DNA of 32,000 bases from Vibrio cholerae ATCC 14035 (GTDB lineage: Bacteria; Pseudomonadota; Gammaproteobacteria; Enterobacterales; Vibrionaceae). Shown here one piece after another: positions 1-8,901 of the stretch (position 1 is the stretch's first letter; every line of letters starts with the position of its first letter). Position numbers and translations under genes: made by a program. The notes beneath the pieces were generated by a model that saw only the letters and a program-made list of their open reading frames with translations, ran no database searches and was not told the origin of the DNA. Location of the stretch: positions 154,947 through 186,946 of the forward strand of contig NZ_KK211323.1 of assembly GCF_000621645.1 (NCBI RefSeq). The letters are read 5' to 3'.

Positions 1-1051
1 TCGCGGAGAATGTTTCCAACTTGTGCAGATATTTACTTAAATCGCCAATGTTGTTTTTGACCCACTCAGAGTTGTAATAGGTATCAAGGTAGCGTTCACC
101 GCTATCGCACAAGAGCGTGACAATCGAACCTTGCTCACCGCGGCGCTTCATTTCGCAGGCGAGTTGCAGCGCGCCATACAGGTTAGTGCCAGTGGAGGCG
201 CCTGCTTTACGGCCAAGAATTTTCTCCAACCAGTAGATGGTCGCTACACTCGCGGCATCAGGGATCGCACGCATTTCATCTACCACATCAGGAATAAAGC
301 TCGGCTCGACTCTTGGGCGGCCAATGCCTTCAATTTTGCTGCCGCAGTCACGGGTTAGCTCGGCATTTCGCGTGCGGTAGTAGTCATAAAAAACCGAGTT
401 TTCCGGGTCAACCACACACAGTTTGGTGTTGTATTGTTGGTAGCGAATAAAGCGGCCGATAGTGGCTGAGGTGCCTCCCGTCCCCGGGCTCATCACAATC
501 CAGCTTGGAACGGGGTGTTGTTCCATCTGCATCTGGCTAAAAATACTGTCAGCGATGTTGCTGTTACCACGCCAGTCGGTGGCTCGTTCAGCGTAAGTAA
601 ACTGATCCATGTAGTGGCCTTTCAGCTCTTTCGCGAGACGATGAGATTCTGCGTAAATTTGATCGGAGCGATCTACAAGATGCGCCTTGCCCCCATAGAA
701 CTGGATCTGTTCGATTTTTTTACGCGCGGTGCACTTTGGCATCACGGCAATAAAGGGTAGGCCAAGCAAGCGAGCAAAGTAAGCTTCCGATACGGCAGTA
801 CTGCCAGATGAGGATTCAATAATGGTAGTTTCTGGGCCAATCCAGCCATTACACAGCCCATATAAAAACAGTGAACGGGCGAGACGGTGTTTGAGAGAAC
901 CGGTGGGGTGGGTACTTTCATCTTTCAGATAGATATCGACGCCAGAGACGCAAGGTAAATCGAGTTTAATCAGATGGGTGTCGGCGGAGCGTTGATAGTC
1001 TGCTTCAATTTTACGAATTGCACTGTTAATCCACTGATGGTCGGTACACAT
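1..1051 (-). CDS. PLP-dependent cysteine synthase-family enzyme, probable L-cysteine desulfhydrase (CdsH-like); C-terminal end lies outside the window
   Basis: Absent from the ORF track because it runs off the window edge. My reverse-strand translation from ATG (1051..1049) stays open for 350 codons to position 2: [32 protein letters not shown]...[16 protein letters not shown] (PLP-lysine motif)...[15 protein letters not shown] (Gly-rich loop)...[19 protein letters not shown]. Confidence 0.85.
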   Translation of the reverse strand, partial: MCTDHQWINSAIRKIEADYQRSADTHLIKLDLPCVSGVDIYLKDESTHPTGSLKHRLARSLFLYGLCNGWIGPETTIIESSSGSTAVSEAYFARLLGLPFIAVMPKCTARKKIEQIQFYGGKAHLVDRSDQIYAESHRLAKELKGHYMDQFTYAERATDWRGNSNIADSIFSQMQMEQHPVPSWIVMSPGTGGTSATIGRFIRYQQYNTKLCVVDPENSVFYDYYRTRNAELTRDCGSKIEGIGRPRVEPSFIPDVVDEMRAIPDAASVATIYWLEKILGRKAGASTGTNLYGALQLACEMKRRGEQGSIVTLLCDSGERYLDTYYNSEWVKNNIGDLSKYLHKLETFSA

Positions 1052-1127
1052 AATCCAGTTTCTCCCTTAGGTTACCGAATCAGTTTAGCTAGGCTTGGAG
1101 AGAAAAACTTTGCCATTTTGCCTATGC

Positions 1128-1155
1128 TTTTGTAGTTTTGTAGAAAAATTTTCTC
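1128..1155. promoter_or_regulatory. Candidate Lrp-family operator in the divergent control region
   Basis: Tandem TTTTGTAG x2 (1128..1143) overlaps TAGAAAAATTTTCTC (1141..1155). The latter matches 13/15 positions of the E. coli Lrp consensus YAGHAWATTWTDCTR. It lies 18-32 nt upstream of the regulator start codon. Confidence 0.3.
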
Positions 1156-1172
1156 TAAAAAAGGCAATTTGT

Positions 1173-1631
1173 ATGTTGCTCGACAAAGTTGATCGGCAAA
1201 TCTTGGCCATTTTGCAACAAGACTGCACCGTGTCACTCAATGAATTAGCCGAAGCGGTCAATTTAACCACAACGCCTTGCTGGAAGCGTTTGAAAAAAAT
1301 GGAAGAAGGTGGCGTGATTCGCGAGCGAGTCGCACTGCTTGATGCGCAAGCCCTTGACCTCTCTTTCACGGCCTTTGTCATGGTGACGACCAATAACCAC
1401 TCCCATGAATGGTACTGCCGCTTTGTGACTGCCGTGGAAGAGTTTCCCGAAGTGATGGAGTTTTATCGCATGGCGGGAGAATACGATTACATGATGAAGG
1501 TGCAGGTCAAAGATATGCCGTGTTTTGACCGATTCTATAAAAAACTGGTCAATAGTATCGAAGGGTTGAACAAAGTGACCTCCACCTTTGCGATGGAGTC
1601 ACTTAAATACACGACTCAGTTACCGCTCTAA
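1173..1631 (+). CDS. Lrp/AsnC-family transcriptional regulator, DecR/YbaO-like
   Basis: ORF track 1095..1631. I prefer the internal ATG at 1173 ([29 protein letters not shown]...), which gives the canonical N-terminal HTH of AsnC/Lrp proteins. A C-terminal RAM-type domain follows ([12 protein letters not shown]). Confidence 0.9.
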   Translation: MLLDKVDRQILAILQQDCTVSLNELAEAVNLTTTPCWKRLKKMEEGGVIRERVALLDAQALDLSFTAFVMVTTNNHSHEWYCRFVTAVEEFPEVMEFYRMAGEYDYMMKVQVKDMPCFDRFYKKLVNSIEGLNKVTSTFAMESLKYTTQLPL

Positions 1632-1639
1632 GGGTGAGA

Positions 1640-2500
1640 TCAGCTTAAAAAGCGCATAACGCCTTCTTGGACGGCTGTTGCGACCAAATTGCCTTGGCGA
1701 TCATAAATCTCACCACGCACTAAACCACGTGTATTGCTCGCCGTAGGACTTTCGATGGCAAACAGTAGCCAGTCATCCATCTTAAACGGACGGTGGAACC
1801 AGATAGAGTGGTCAATGGTTGCCACTTGGAATTTTGGTGTCATCAGAGAAACACCGTGTGGATGCAAGGCGGTCACTAAAAAGCCCCAGTCAGACGCATA
1901 GCCAAGCAAATACTGATGGATGAGCTGGTCATCGGGCATATCGCCATTGGCTCGGATCCACAAATACTGCTTAGGCTCCGCTTTTTCTGGCTTCAAGGGG
2001 TTGATGACAGTAACGGGACGCATCTCAATCGGTTTTTCACCACAAAACGCTTTTTGCAGTTTTTCTGGTAAGAAATGCGCAATCTGCGCCGCGAGTTCGG
2101 ATTCGGAAGCAAAGTTCTCTGGCCCTGGAACCACAGGCATGGTTTTTTGGTGCTCAAATCCCGGTGCATCACCATGGTAGGACGCAGTCAGATAAAAAAT
2201 TGGCCGACCATTTTGGATCGCTTTAACACGGCGAGTGCTGAAGCTTTTGCCATCACGAAGATTTTCTACATCGTAAATAATCGGTTTTTCTGGATCGCCA
2301 GGGTAAAGAAAATAGCTATGGAAAGAGTGCACAGTGCGATCTGACTCGACCGTGTAGCGAGCTGCCGACAAGGCTTGGCCAATCACTTGTCCGCCATAGA
2401 CTTGAGGAAGCCCCAAATTTTCGCTGGCACCGCGATACAGCCCCTCTTCCAGTTTCTCCAATTGCAGCAGACTTAATAATTCGTCTAACGGTTTACTCAT
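1640..2500 (-). CDS. tesB: Acyl-CoA thioesterase II
   Basis: 286 aa. [24 protein letters not shown]...[12 protein letters not shown] is the TesB double hot-dog signature. Synteny with ybaY and atl matches E. coli. Confidence 0.93.
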   Translation of the reverse strand: MSKPLDELLSLLQLEKLEEGLYRGASENLGLPQVYGGQVIGQALSAARYTVESDRTVHSFHSYFLYPGDPEKPIIYDVENLRDGKSFSTRRVKAIQNGRPIFYLTASYHGDAPGFEHQKTMPVVPGPENFASESELAAQIAHFLPEKLQKAFCGEKPIEMRPVTVINPLKPEKAEPKQYLWIRANGDMPDDQLIHQYLLGYASDWGFLVTALHPHGVSLMTPKFQVATIDHSIWFHRPFKMDDWLLFAIESPTASNTRGLVRGEIYDRQGNLVATAVQEGVMRFLS

Positions 2501-2650
2501 GACTTAGGACCCTCTTTTGTAGTTTGATGATTTTGTGATGTTAGTCAGACATTTGTCAATAATCCTGCTGTCCAATGACACAAATACCGTGGTGGCATAT
2601 AATTTGCTGGTTTTCTAATGTGATGTTTCCCAGTTGTGTAGTGAGGCGCT

Positions 2651-3082
2651 ATGAAAAAGGTTCTACTTATTGTTATCTCTATCCTGTTTGGTTCTGTACT
2701 CGTAGGCTGCCAAATGAATGAATCCAACAAGACACAAGATAAAATCCAATCGATTACGGGGAGTGTGGCATACCGTGAACGCATTGCGTTGCCGGATAAT
2801 GCGGTGGTGACAGTTTACCTACAAGACGTTTCCTTGGCTGATGCGCCAGCGACGGTTATCGCAAAACAGAACTTCATCACTAATGGTATGCAAGTACCAC
2901 TTGAATTCAACCTAGCGTATGACAGCCGCAAGATCAAAGCGAGTCACCGTTACAGTGTGAGTGCGCGTATCGAAGTCGACGGTAAGCTACGTTTCATCAC
3001 GGATACTCATTACGGTGTGATCACCGATCCTGAAGCGACTAAACACGTACCTATGATGCTGATTGGTGTGCATGGCGAATAA
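2651..3082 (+). CDS. ybaY: YbaY-family outer-membrane lipoprotein
   Basis: Signal peptide with lipobox LVGC (MKKVLLIVISILFGSVLVGCQ). The YbaY-like repeat GSVAYRERIALPDNAVVTVYLQDVSLADAP is present. Position next to tesB. Confidence 0.85.
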   Translation: MKKVLLIVISILFGSVLVGCQMNESNKTQDKIQSITGSVAYRERIALPDNAVVTVYLQDVSLADAPATVIAKQNFITNGMQVPLEFNLAYDSRKIKASHRYSVSARIEVDGKLRFITDTHYGVITDPEATKHVPMMLIGVHGE

Positions 3083-3123
3083 CTCGCGATAAGGCGTTAT
3101 TCCGTTAAGCTTTTCTGATTGCA

Positions 3124-3150
3124 CAATGGCAGCCATCACGGCTGCCATTG
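3124..3150. terminator. Bidirectional stem-loop between convergent ybaY and atl
   Basis: CAATGGCAGCC (3124..3134) and GGCTGCCATTG (3140..3150) form a perfect 11-bp stem with a 5-nt loop. It overlaps the atl stop codon. Confidence 0.6.
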
Positions 3151-3438
3151 ATATTTACGTAGCGATATTTTCCCAGTGTCACTCACCTCTATCCCTTCGG
3201 CTAACAATAATTGCCGCTGGCGCACAAAATCTTCCCCTTGTAGTGAAATTTTGCCTTGGCTGTTGATGACTCGAAACCAAGGTAACTGACTCCCCTCAGG
3301 TAAATGACCCAGCGCTTTGCCCACATGGCGTGCATAGCCCGGATAACCGGCCATTTTGGCGATAGCGCCGTAAGTCGAAACCCGACCAACCGGAATTTGG
3401 TGAATCACGACAAAGATCTGTTGTAAAAACTGGTCCAT
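3136..3438 (-). CDS. atl: Alkyltransferase-like protein (MGMT/Ada DNA-binding domain lacking the acceptor cysteine)
   Basis: 100 aa. VGRVSTYGAIAKMAGYPGYARHVG helix-turn-helix. The PCHR active site is replaced by PWFRV (Cys to Trp), as in ATL/YbaZ proteins. Confidence 0.85.
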   Translation of the reverse strand: MDQFLQQIFVVIHQIPVGRVSTYGAIAKMAGYPGYARHVGKALGHLPEGSQLPWFRVINSQGKISLQGEDFVRQRQLLLAEGIEVSDTGKISLRKYQWQP

Positions 3439-3488
3439 AATACAAGTGCCCGAAACAAGTTTACCAAGGATAGGTATAGGGAGTTGGC

Positions 3489-4232
3489 ATGATACTGTCT
3501 GCCTTACAATTTCTCATCGCGATTCTGTTTTCCATTGTTGCTGCGTATGTGGCAGGTTTGAGTGAGGGCGATATTCCGATCATCGCATTTCTGATCCCTG
3601 CTCTCTGGCTATTACCTAAATCAGGATTTTCTAGCGTTGTCATGTTGCTCGCGATGGGGATCTTTGGCCTAACCTTACCACTCCAACCGGTGGCGTTGTC
3701 TATCAGTCAGTGGGTGCTTATTCCGCTGTTGATGGTGGCGTTTTCTCCACGTAGTAACTGGGGAGTGATCTTAGTCAGTGCTTTGATTGTACTCACTTTG
3801 CAAGTCGGCATCATGGTAACGCAATCGGCGGGCAAACTGGAAGGCTCACCTATGGTGACTGTGGTGCAGATAGTTATGGTGATGTTGATCTGGTGGGCAG
3901 CTCGAGGTTGGAAACCAAATCATGCTCACAGTTGGTGGGCATTGGCTTTAGTGATTCCGCTCTGGGTGGCCGAGCAATTTTATGCGGTCACCCTAGCGTT
4001 ACTGATAACCGGAATTATTGCTGCATGCGAAAACCTGATCCCCAAAGCAACCCCTTCTTTAAACTGGGGAAGCTTGTTGGGATGGAGCCTACCTTGTGTC
4101 AGTTTTGCTGCGTTAGTCGTTTCACCCGCGACAGAAGTGCCCAATCCGGTCTTTGTGGTATGGATCTGCATTTTGGTCACAGCTTGGACCACAGACTATG
4201 TATTGAAAAGCACAGAGGAAGCGCACGAATAG
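3489..4232 (+). CDS. Polytopic inner-membrane protein of unknown function
   Basis: 247 aa, almost entirely hydrophobic segments (at least 7 predicted TM helices by eye). No recognisable catalytic motif. Confidence 0.7.
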   Translation: MILSALQFLIAILFSIVAAYVAGLSEGDIPIIAFLIPALWLLPKSGFSSVVMLLAMGIFGLTLPLQPVALSISQWVLIPLLMVAFSPRSNWGVILVSALIVLTLQVGIMVTQSAGKLEGSPMVTVVQIVMVMLIWWAARGWKPNHAHSWWALALVIPLWVAEQFYAVTLALLITGIIAACENLIPKATPSLNWGSLLGWSLPCVSFAALVVSPATEVPNPVFVVWICILVTAWTTDYVLKSTEEAHE

Positions 4233-4378
4233 TCCATTGAGTGCATCAAATAGCCAGATGAGAGCCTAATAAAGCATCGGTGGCTCTATGAAATTTATTA
4301 CCTAAAGTTGATAGTGGGGTGGGGGTATTTACGATAAAATGCGCAGCAAAAAATACAACATACCATTATTCAACGTCT

Positions 4379-6400
4379 ATGCTACTTAACGCTTTTTCAC
4401 GCCGAGTCTTCCTTTGGCTAGGTTGGCTATTGATTTCCACCAGCAGTTTAGCCGCTACATCTACGACGTATAAGGTCGCCACCGAAGCGGATGACGTGGT
4501 GACTCGTGTGCTTTTTGATTCGATTGCTCACCACTTCAACCTTGAAATTGAATACGTCAACTACCCCAGTTTTAACGATATTCTGGTGGCGATAGAGACT
4601 GGCAACGCCGATTTTGCTGCCAACATTACTTACACTGATTTGCGTGCTCAACGTTTTGATTTTTCAAGACCAACCAACATCGAGTACACCTATCTCTACA
4701 GTTATGGTGGCCTACGTTTACCCGAGTTGCGCCTCGTGGGTATCCCGAAAGGAACCACCTACGGGACCCTACTAAAAGAACACTATCCCTATATCCAGCA
4801 AGTTGAGTATGAAGGGCATTTAGAAGCGCTCACTTTGCTGGAAAGTGGCCGAGTAGACGGAGTGGTTGATGCGATCAATCAGCTCAAACCTATGCTACTG
4901 AAAGGGCTTGATGTACAACTCCTTAACGACCAATTACCGATTCAGCCTGTTTCTATTGTGACGCCTAAAGGCAAACACTCAGCGCTATTGGGCAAGATTG
5001 AAAAATACGCGCATTCGGCTCACGTACAACGTTTATTGCGTGAATCGATCCAAAAGTATCAATTGGACATCCGTAAGCAAGCTCTGCGTCAATCCGTGGT
5101 TGAGAGCGGACTCAACGTGCAGCGTGTATTGCGTGTTAAGCTAGAGAACAACCCGCAATATGCACTTTATCAGCCAGACGGTTCGGTTCGTGGGATCAGT
5201 GCTGATGTTGTGTTTCAGGCCTGTGAGATGCTACTGCTGAAATGCGAATTGGTCAGTAATGGTCAAGAAACATGGGAGAGCATGTTTGATGATTTACAGG
5301 ATAAAAGCATCGATATTTTGGCTCCTATAACGGTTTCTCAGCAGCGTAAAAACCTCGCTTACTTCAGTGAAAGCTACTACCACCCACAAGCGATTTTGGT
5401 CAAACGTGAACACTATAAAGACGATGTGTATAGCAATGTGTCTGAGTTGGTGGCTGAACGTATTGGCGTCATCAAAGACGATTTTTTTGAAGAGCTGTTA
5501 CAGCAGATGCTGCCGAACAAGATCTTGTTCAGCTACGCAAGTCAGGAAGAGAAAGTTCAAGCCTTACTGAATAAAGAGGTGGACTACATAGTGCTCAATA
5601 GAGCCAATTTTAATCTCTTGCTTCGCGAGTCAACGGAGATGTTACCGATTGTAGAAGACACCATGATTGGCAGTTTCTACCAATATGACATTGCGATAGG
5701 TTTTGCTAAAAATCCACTTGTTGCAACTCTGGCACCTCTTTTCTCTCGGGCAATTAAAATGCTCAATACCGAACAGATCATACATACCTATGATTATCAG
5801 CCAAATTGGCGAGCCACATTACTTGCGGAAAAGAAATATCAGCGCAGTACTCAATGGCTTTTTGCCATGGCTTTCATCGTTTTGTTTATGGTGGCGTTTT
5901 ACCTCCATGGCATATCACATACCGATAACCTTACTAAGTTGCGCAATCGTCGCGCTTTGTATAACCGATACCGCCGCGGGTTATCGCCTCGCCTAAGCTT
6001 GGTTTATCTTGACGTGAATACGTTTAAATCAATCAACGATCAGTATGGACATGAAGTGGGTGACAAAGTCCTTAAGCAGTTGGCTCAGCGCATCGAAGCG
6101 GTATGGCGTGGGCGCAGCTATCGGATTGGTGGGGATGAATTTATTTTAATCGGTGAATGTTCTGCTAAGCGGCTTGAACATGTGGTTGCGCAATGTGAAC
6201 GTTTTATGTTTGTGGATGCAGAGCGCGATGTCAGTTTTGAAGTGAGTGTGGCGATTGGTATTGCTAAGAATCGTGAGCGGACCGAATCACTCAATGAGGT
6301 GATGCACCAAGCGGATATTGCGATGTATCGCGCTAAGGCGGAATCGACGCAATCGCCATTTCAGGCTGCCAGCAAGGTAAAAGGATTACACATCGTTTAA
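4379..6400 (+). CDS. cdgH: Membrane diguanylate cyclase with two tandem periplasmic SBP_bac_3-type domains (CdgH)
   Basis: ORF track starts at GTG 4319. ATG 4379 gives MLLNAFSRRVFLWLGWLLISTSSLAA, a signal/TM segment. Two amino-acid-binding-protein-like domains follow, then TM WLFAMAFIVLFMVAFYL, then GGDEF (LTKLRNRRAL...DVNTFKSINDQYGHEVGD...RIGGDEFILI). Confidence 0.88.
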   Translation: MLLNAFSRRVFLWLGWLLISTSSLAATSTTYKVATEADDVVTRVLFDSIAHHFNLEIEYVNYPSFNDILVAIETGNADFAANITYTDLRAQRFDFSRPTNIEYTYLYSYGGLRLPELRLVGIPKGTTYGTLLKEHYPYIQQVEYEGHLEALTLLESGRVDGVVDAINQLKPMLLKGLDVQLLNDQLPIQPVSIVTPKGKHSALLGKIEKYAHSAHVQRLLRESIQKYQLDIRKQALRQSVVESGLNVQRVLRVKLENNPQYALYQPDGSVRGISADVVFQACEMLLLKCELVSNGQETWESMFDDLQDKSIDILAPITVSQQRKNLAYFSESYYHPQAILVKREHYKDDVYSNVSELVAERIGVIKDDFFEELLQQMLPNKILFSYASQEEKVQALLNKEVDYIVLNRANFNLLLRESTEMLPIVEDTMIGSFYQYDIAIGFAKNPLVATLAPLFSRAIKMLNTEQIIHTYDYQPNWRATLLAEKKYQRSTQWLFAMAFIVLFMVAFYLHGISHTDNLTKLRNRRALYNRYRRGLSPRLSLVYLDVNTFKSINDQYGHEVGDKVLKQLAQRIEAVWRGRSYRIGGDEFILIGECSAKRLEHVVAQCERFMFVDAERDVSFEVSVAIGIAKNRERTESLNEVMHQADIAMYRAKAESTQSPFQAASKVKGLHIV

Positions 6401-6460
6401 TCAAACTGGTGAAATGCTGTTCGGTTGATGAGCAATGTGGGGGTAAATCAGGATTATCGC

Positions 6461-6489
6461 TTGCATTGCCTAAGTCGATGTTTAATAAT
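6461..6489 (+). promoter_or_regulatory. Candidate sigma70 promoter of ffs
   Basis: TTGCAT (6461..6466), 17-nt spacer, AATAAT (6484..6489). This would give a roughly 25-30 nt 5' leader, consistent with 4.5S RNA being matured from a precursor. Confidence 0.35.
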
Positions 6490-6522
6490 CGCACCCGCTT
6501 TGGAGCAATCCAAACTCAAATC

Positions 6523-6636
6523 GATGGGGGCCCTGGTCCTCCCGCAACACTAGTTCGTGAACCTGGTCAGATCCGGAAGGAAGCAGCCACAGCGGATGAT
6601 GTGTGTGCCGGGATGTGGCTGGGGTCTCCGCCCATC
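6523..6636 (+). ncRNA. ffs: Signal recognition particle 4.5S RNA
   Basis: GGGGGCCCTGGTCCTCCCGCAAC...GGTCAGATCCGGAAGGAAGCAGCCACAGCGGATGATGTGTGTGCCGGGATGTGGCTGG aligns with E. coli 4.5S RNA, including the conserved GGAAGCAGCC / domain IV region. Terminal helix GATGGG (6523..6528) pairs with CCCATC (6631..6636). Ends are uncertain by about 5 nt. Confidence 0.93.
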
Positions 6637-6881
6637 TGACGTTCTAAAAATCCAATTCTTCCCCAATAATTCTGTGAGCTTCCTTGTTCAAGGGATAAGT
6701 TGACCTAGTCTAAGCTATTGCTACTTCCTACCCTCGGTTCTACTCATTTTTCTAGTCTGAATGATTTTTTATCCAAGCACAATTTGTCTTACCTCATTGT
6801 TTATTCATGGTTTTATTAATTTTTGATGACAGATGTTGCAGTCATCGTTGATTTATTTTTATCCAATACATCAAACACTGA

Positions 6882-6909
6882 TTGACATCGATTTTTTCCC
6901 CAATAAAAT
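6882..6909 (+). promoter_or_regulatory. Candidate sigma70 promoter of the arsR-gap-phosphatase-arsJ operon
   Basis: TTGACA (6882..6887), 16-nt spacer, TAAAAT (6904..6909). GGAG Shine-Dalgarno at 6931..6934 precedes ATG 6942. Confidence 0.45.
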
Positions 6910-6941
6910 ATCTGCATATCCATATATATTGGAGTTTGATT

Positions 6942-7283
6942 ATGTTACCCCACCAGTTTTTCAAATTACTCGCCGATGAAACGCGGGTGCGCTGCTTACT
7001 GATGATTGCTCGGGAAGAGAAGGTTTGTGTGGCTGAACTTACCGAAGCTTTGAATGAGAGTCAGCCGAAAATTTCTCGCCATTTGGCATTGCTGCGTGCC
7101 AGCGGCGTGGTGGTCGATATCCGTCAGGGGCAGTGGGTGTTTTATCGTATTTCCGATCAACTGCCGGGATGGATGCGCAAGCAGATCCAAGGGTTGGTGG
7201 AATCCAACTGTCTTAAACAAGAATACCAGCAAGATATTCAGCGCCTCGCCGAGATGACTTCTCGTCCTCAGTGCTGTGTGTAA
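6942..7283 (+). CDS. arsR: ArsR/SmtB-family metalloregulatory repressor
   Basis: 113 aa from ATG 6942 (MLPHQFFKLLADETRVRCLLMIAREEKVCVAELTEALNESQPKISRHLALLRASGVV). Winged HTH typical of ArsR. The track start at 6882 is a TTG that coincides with the -35 hexamer and lacks an RBS. Confidence 0.88.
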   Translation: MLPHQFFKLLADETRVRCLLMIAREEKVCVAELTEALNESQPKISRHLALLRASGVVVDIRQGQWVFYRISDQLPGWMRKQIQGLVESNCLKQEYQQDIQRLAEMTSRPQCCV

Positions 7284-7297
7284 AGAACCAAGTTGAG

Positions 7298-7355
7298 TTA
7301 TCCCTCAACGGCTTAGCGTTGTAGCCAAAATGGCTGCTTAGTTGGGAAGGGATAA
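7298..7355 (+). other. Nested inverted repeat (potential RNA structure) between arsR and the GAPDH gene
   Basis: TTATCCCT (7298..7305) pairs with AGGGATAA (7348..7355). CAAC/GTTG extends the stem. An inner AGCCA-AAA-TGGCT hairpin and flanking GCTTAG direct repeats are present. No T-run follows. Confidence 0.35.
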
Positions 7356-7379
7356 AAACAAGTTTAAAGGAAAAGGAAG

Positions 7380-8381
7380 ATGGCAATTAAAGTCGGAATT
7401 AATGGATTTGGTCGTATTGGGCGTTTGGCTTTAAGAGCTTCGTTTGATTGGCCTGAGATTGAGTTTGTACAGATCAACGATGTGGCGGGCGATGCTGCAA
7501 CATTGGCACACCTTTTGGAGTTCGATTCGGTACAAGGTCGTTGGCACCATGCTGTGGGTAGTGAAGCGGATGCTGTCCTGATCAACGGCAAACGCATTCG
7601 CGCAACACAAGAAAAAGCGATTGATGCAGTGGATTGGTCGGGCTGTGATGTGGTGATTGAGGCTACGGGTAAGCACCGTAAAGGCGAGTTCTTGAACCAG
7701 TATTTGGCACAAGGAGTAAAACGCGTCGTCGTTTCAGCACCTGTCAAAGAAGAGGGGATCGCCAATATCGTGGTCGGGGTGAACGATCACATCTTCAACC
7801 CTGAACAACATCGTATTGTCACTGCCGCTTCTTGTACCACTAACTGTATTGCTCCAGTGGTGAAAGTAATCCATGAAAAACTGGGTATCGCGCAAGCCTC
7901 TTTTACTACCATCCATAACCTAACCAATACGCAAACCATTTTGGATGCACCGCATAAAGATTTACGCCGTGCACGTGCTTGCGGTATGAGCCTCATCCCC
8001 ACAACCACCGGCTCTGCTAAAGCGATTATCGAAATTTTCCCGGATCTGAAAGGCAAGATTGATGGACACGCCGTACGTGTACCGTTGGCGAATGCCTCGT
8101 TAACCGACATCATTTTTGATGTGCAGCGTGATACGACGGTGGAAGAGATCAATCAGCTGTTAAAACAAGCCTCAGAAAACGAGCTTAAAGGCATTCTGGG
8201 TTTTGAAGAGCGTCCACTGGTGTCGATTGATTACCAAGGCGATCAACGTTCAACGATTGTGGATGCGCTCTCCACCATGGTGGTTGGTAAGCGAATGGTG
8301 AAGATCTACGCTTGGTATGACAACGAAATGGGTTACGCCACGCGCACCGCAGAATTGGTTCGTAAAGTCGGTTTGGCATAA
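7380..8381 (+). CDS. ArsJ-associated glyceraldehyde-3-phosphate dehydrogenase (type I GAPDH paralogue)
   Basis: 333 aa. [15 protein letters not shown] Rossmann start and catalytic [17 protein letters not shown] near the C-terminus. Sits in the operon with arsR and arsJ. Confidence 0.92.
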   Translation: MAIKVGINGFGRIGRLALRASFDWPEIEFVQINDVAGDAATLAHLLEFDSVQGRWHHAVGSEADAVLINGKRIRATQEKAIDAVDWSGCDVVIEATGKHRKGEFLNQYLAQGVKRVVVSAPVKEEGIANIVVGVNDHIFNPEQHRIVTAASCTTNCIAPVVKVIHEKLGIAQASFTTIHNLTNTQTILDAPHKDLRRARACGMSLIPTTTGSAKAIIEIFPDLKGKIDGHAVRVPLANASLTDIIFDVQRDTTVEEINQLLKQASENELKGILGFEERPLVSIDYQGDQRSTIVDALSTMVVGKRMVKIYAWYDNEMGYATRTAELVRKVGLA

Positions 8382-8394
8382 GGAGTAGTAAAAA

Positions 8395-8892
8395 ATGACG
8401 CATCCTACTTGGGAATTACCGGTAGCCGACAATCTGGCGAGTTTAGTGCTCACACCTTGCCCGGGAACCAAAGGTACACCACTGCCGGAAAGCATTGCCC
8501 AACTCAAAGCGCAAGGGGTTTCGGCAGTAGTCACGGCGCTAAGCCATGAGGAAATGGAGCAGCATGGTGTCGGTGAGCTACCAGCGGAAGTCGAAAAAGC
8601 CGGATTACAGTGGTTTCATGCGCCGATCGAAGATGATTGCGCGCCGGATGCGGCCTTTGCGCAAGATTGGCAGCATTGCTCACCCGCTTTGCATCAGGCA
8701 CTCAGCCGCGGTGAAAAAGTCGCTTTGCATTGCATGGGAGGTTCGGGTCGTACTGGCTTACTGGCCGCGCATCTGCTGCTGGAAAAAGGTTGGCCGCTGG
8801 AAAGCATCATTACTCAGGTGCAAGCATTAAGGCCGGGTGCATTTACCAAAGAAGTGCAAGTGCAGTACGTGCATCAAATCGTCAAACCATAA
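8395..8892 (+). CDS. Cysteine-dependent phosphatase (dual-specificity/PTP-like, HCX5R P-loop)
   Basis: 165 aa. P-loop VALHCMGGSGRTGLLAA (HCxxGxxR). AGGAG RBS lies 8 nt upstream. 13-nt gap after the GAPDH gene. Confidence 0.8.
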   Translation: MTHPTWELPVADNLASLVLTPCPGTKGTPLPESIAQLKAQGVSAVVTALSHEEMEQHGVGELPAEVEKAGLQWFHAPIEDDCAPDAAFAQDWQHCSPALHQALSRGEKVALHCMGGSGRTGLLAAHLLLEKGWPLESIITQVQALRPGAFTKEVQVQYVHQIVKP

Positions 8893-8901
8893 CCCGATCA
8901 A

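Noticed and set aside
131-760. Plus-strand ORFs 131..358 and 515..760
   Set aside because: They lie antisense inside the long, motif-rich CdsH-like gene on the minus strand, so they are shadow ORFs.
6409-6639. 76-aa ORF in the track (MKCCSVDEQCGGKSG...)
   Set aside because: It coincides with the 4.5S SRP RNA gene and has no RBS. The conserved RNA sequence explains the region.
6882-6941. N-terminal extensions proposed by the track: arsR from TTG 6882, cdgH from GTG 4319, Lrp regulator from ATG 1095, arsJ from GTG 8931, chitinase from TTG 10730
   Set aside because: In most cases an internal ATG with a better-placed Shine-Dalgarno gives the canonical family N-terminus or signal peptide. The arsR TTG is the -35 hexamer itself. 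For the chitinase I found no convincing RBS before either start and chose ATG 10757 on the signal peptide alone. The alternatives cannot be fully excluded without experimental data.
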